Origin: Camelus ferus | Taxonomy: Eukaryota | Reading direction: 5' to 3' | Assembly: GCF_009834535.1 (NCBI RefSeq) | Contig: NC_045697.1 | Location: forward strand, 5,334,001 to 5,398,000 | Length of the DNA: 64,000 bases | In this document: piece after piece, positions 63,315 through 64,000 of the stretch | Layout: every line of letters begins with the position of its first letter | Position numbering within the stretch: position 1 is the first letter of the stretch | The notes under the pieces: generated by a model | What the model was told of the DNA's origin: nothing | The model's database searches: none | What the model saw: only the letters and a program-made list of their open reading frames with translations | Translations under genes and position numbers: made by a program

Positions 63315-64000
63315 GCCATTTCATCATCAAAAAGTCCACGAGCTATAAATGCTGGAGAGGATGTGGAGAAAAGGGAACCCCCTACACTACAATCCCATTC
63401 CTAGGCATGTATCTAAAAGGAACTCTTAATTCAAAGAGATATGCACCCTAATGTTCACAGCAGCACTGTATAGCAAGGACATAAAAGCAACCTAAATGTC
63501 CATCAACAGATGACTGCAGAAAGAAGTTGTGGTATATGTATACAATGGAATACTACTCTGTCATAAAAAGAATAAAATAATGCCATTTGCAGCAACATGG
63601 ATGGACCTAGAGATCATCATTCTAAGTGAAGTAAATCAGACAGAGAAAGAAAAATACCATATGATGTCACTCATATGCGGAATCTAAAAAAAGAAAAGAA
63701 AAAGACAACACTAATGAACTCATCTGCAAAACGGAAACAGACTCACAGATATAGTAAACAATCTTATGGTTACCAGAGGAAAGTAGGTGGGAAGGGGTAA
63801 ATTTGGGAGTTTGAGATGTGCAAATGTTAGCCACTATATATAAAAATAGATTTAAAAATTTCTTCTGTATAGCACAGGGAACTATATTCAATATTTTGTA
63901 ATAACCTTTAATGAAAAAGAATATGAATACATGTGTATATATGCATGACTAGAACATCGTGCTGTACAGCAGAAATGGACACATTGTAACTGACTATACC
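63315..64000 (+). mobile_element. LINE-1 3' fragment (ORF2 C-terminal remnant + 3' UTR), runs off the window
   Basis: Translates IIKKSTSYKCWRGCGEKGTPYT (L1 ORF2 Cys-rich region) and aligns by eye with 2917-3713. Confidence 0.93.

Overview
A GC-rich mammalian genomic window containing one protein-coding gene, the two-exon homeobox gene MSX1 on the minus strand. Its CDS is 43405-42937 joined to 40568-40126 (912 nt, 303 aa), with a canonical GT-AG intron of 2368 nt and a poly(A) signal at 39398-39403. The gene lies in a chain of CpG islands (~31-47 kb) with a recognisable core promoter and several homeobox/TCF/SMAD-motif clusters upstream. The rest is intergenic DNA rich in interspersed repeats: young tRNA-derived SINEs and L1 3' ends, a decayed ERVL provirus (LTR16-like LTR, Leu PBS, RT remnant), MLT1 LTRs, MIR, L2 and hAT elements. 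The SINE and L1 sequences suggest an artiodactyl, probably a camelid (inference from memory). No new multi-gene system is evident. The most interesting signals are (i) the translation-initiation layout of the MSX1 leader, where a single uORF runs over AUG1 and stops in an AUGA overlap with AUG2, and only AUG3 has a perfect Kozak context; (ii) a multifunctional AT-rich 3' end that may also be the antisense-RNA promoter; (iii) an L1 insertion that looks both 5'-inverted and 3'-transduced; and (iv) several candidate enhancers. Repeat family names are from recognition, not a database search, and repeat boundaries are approximate.
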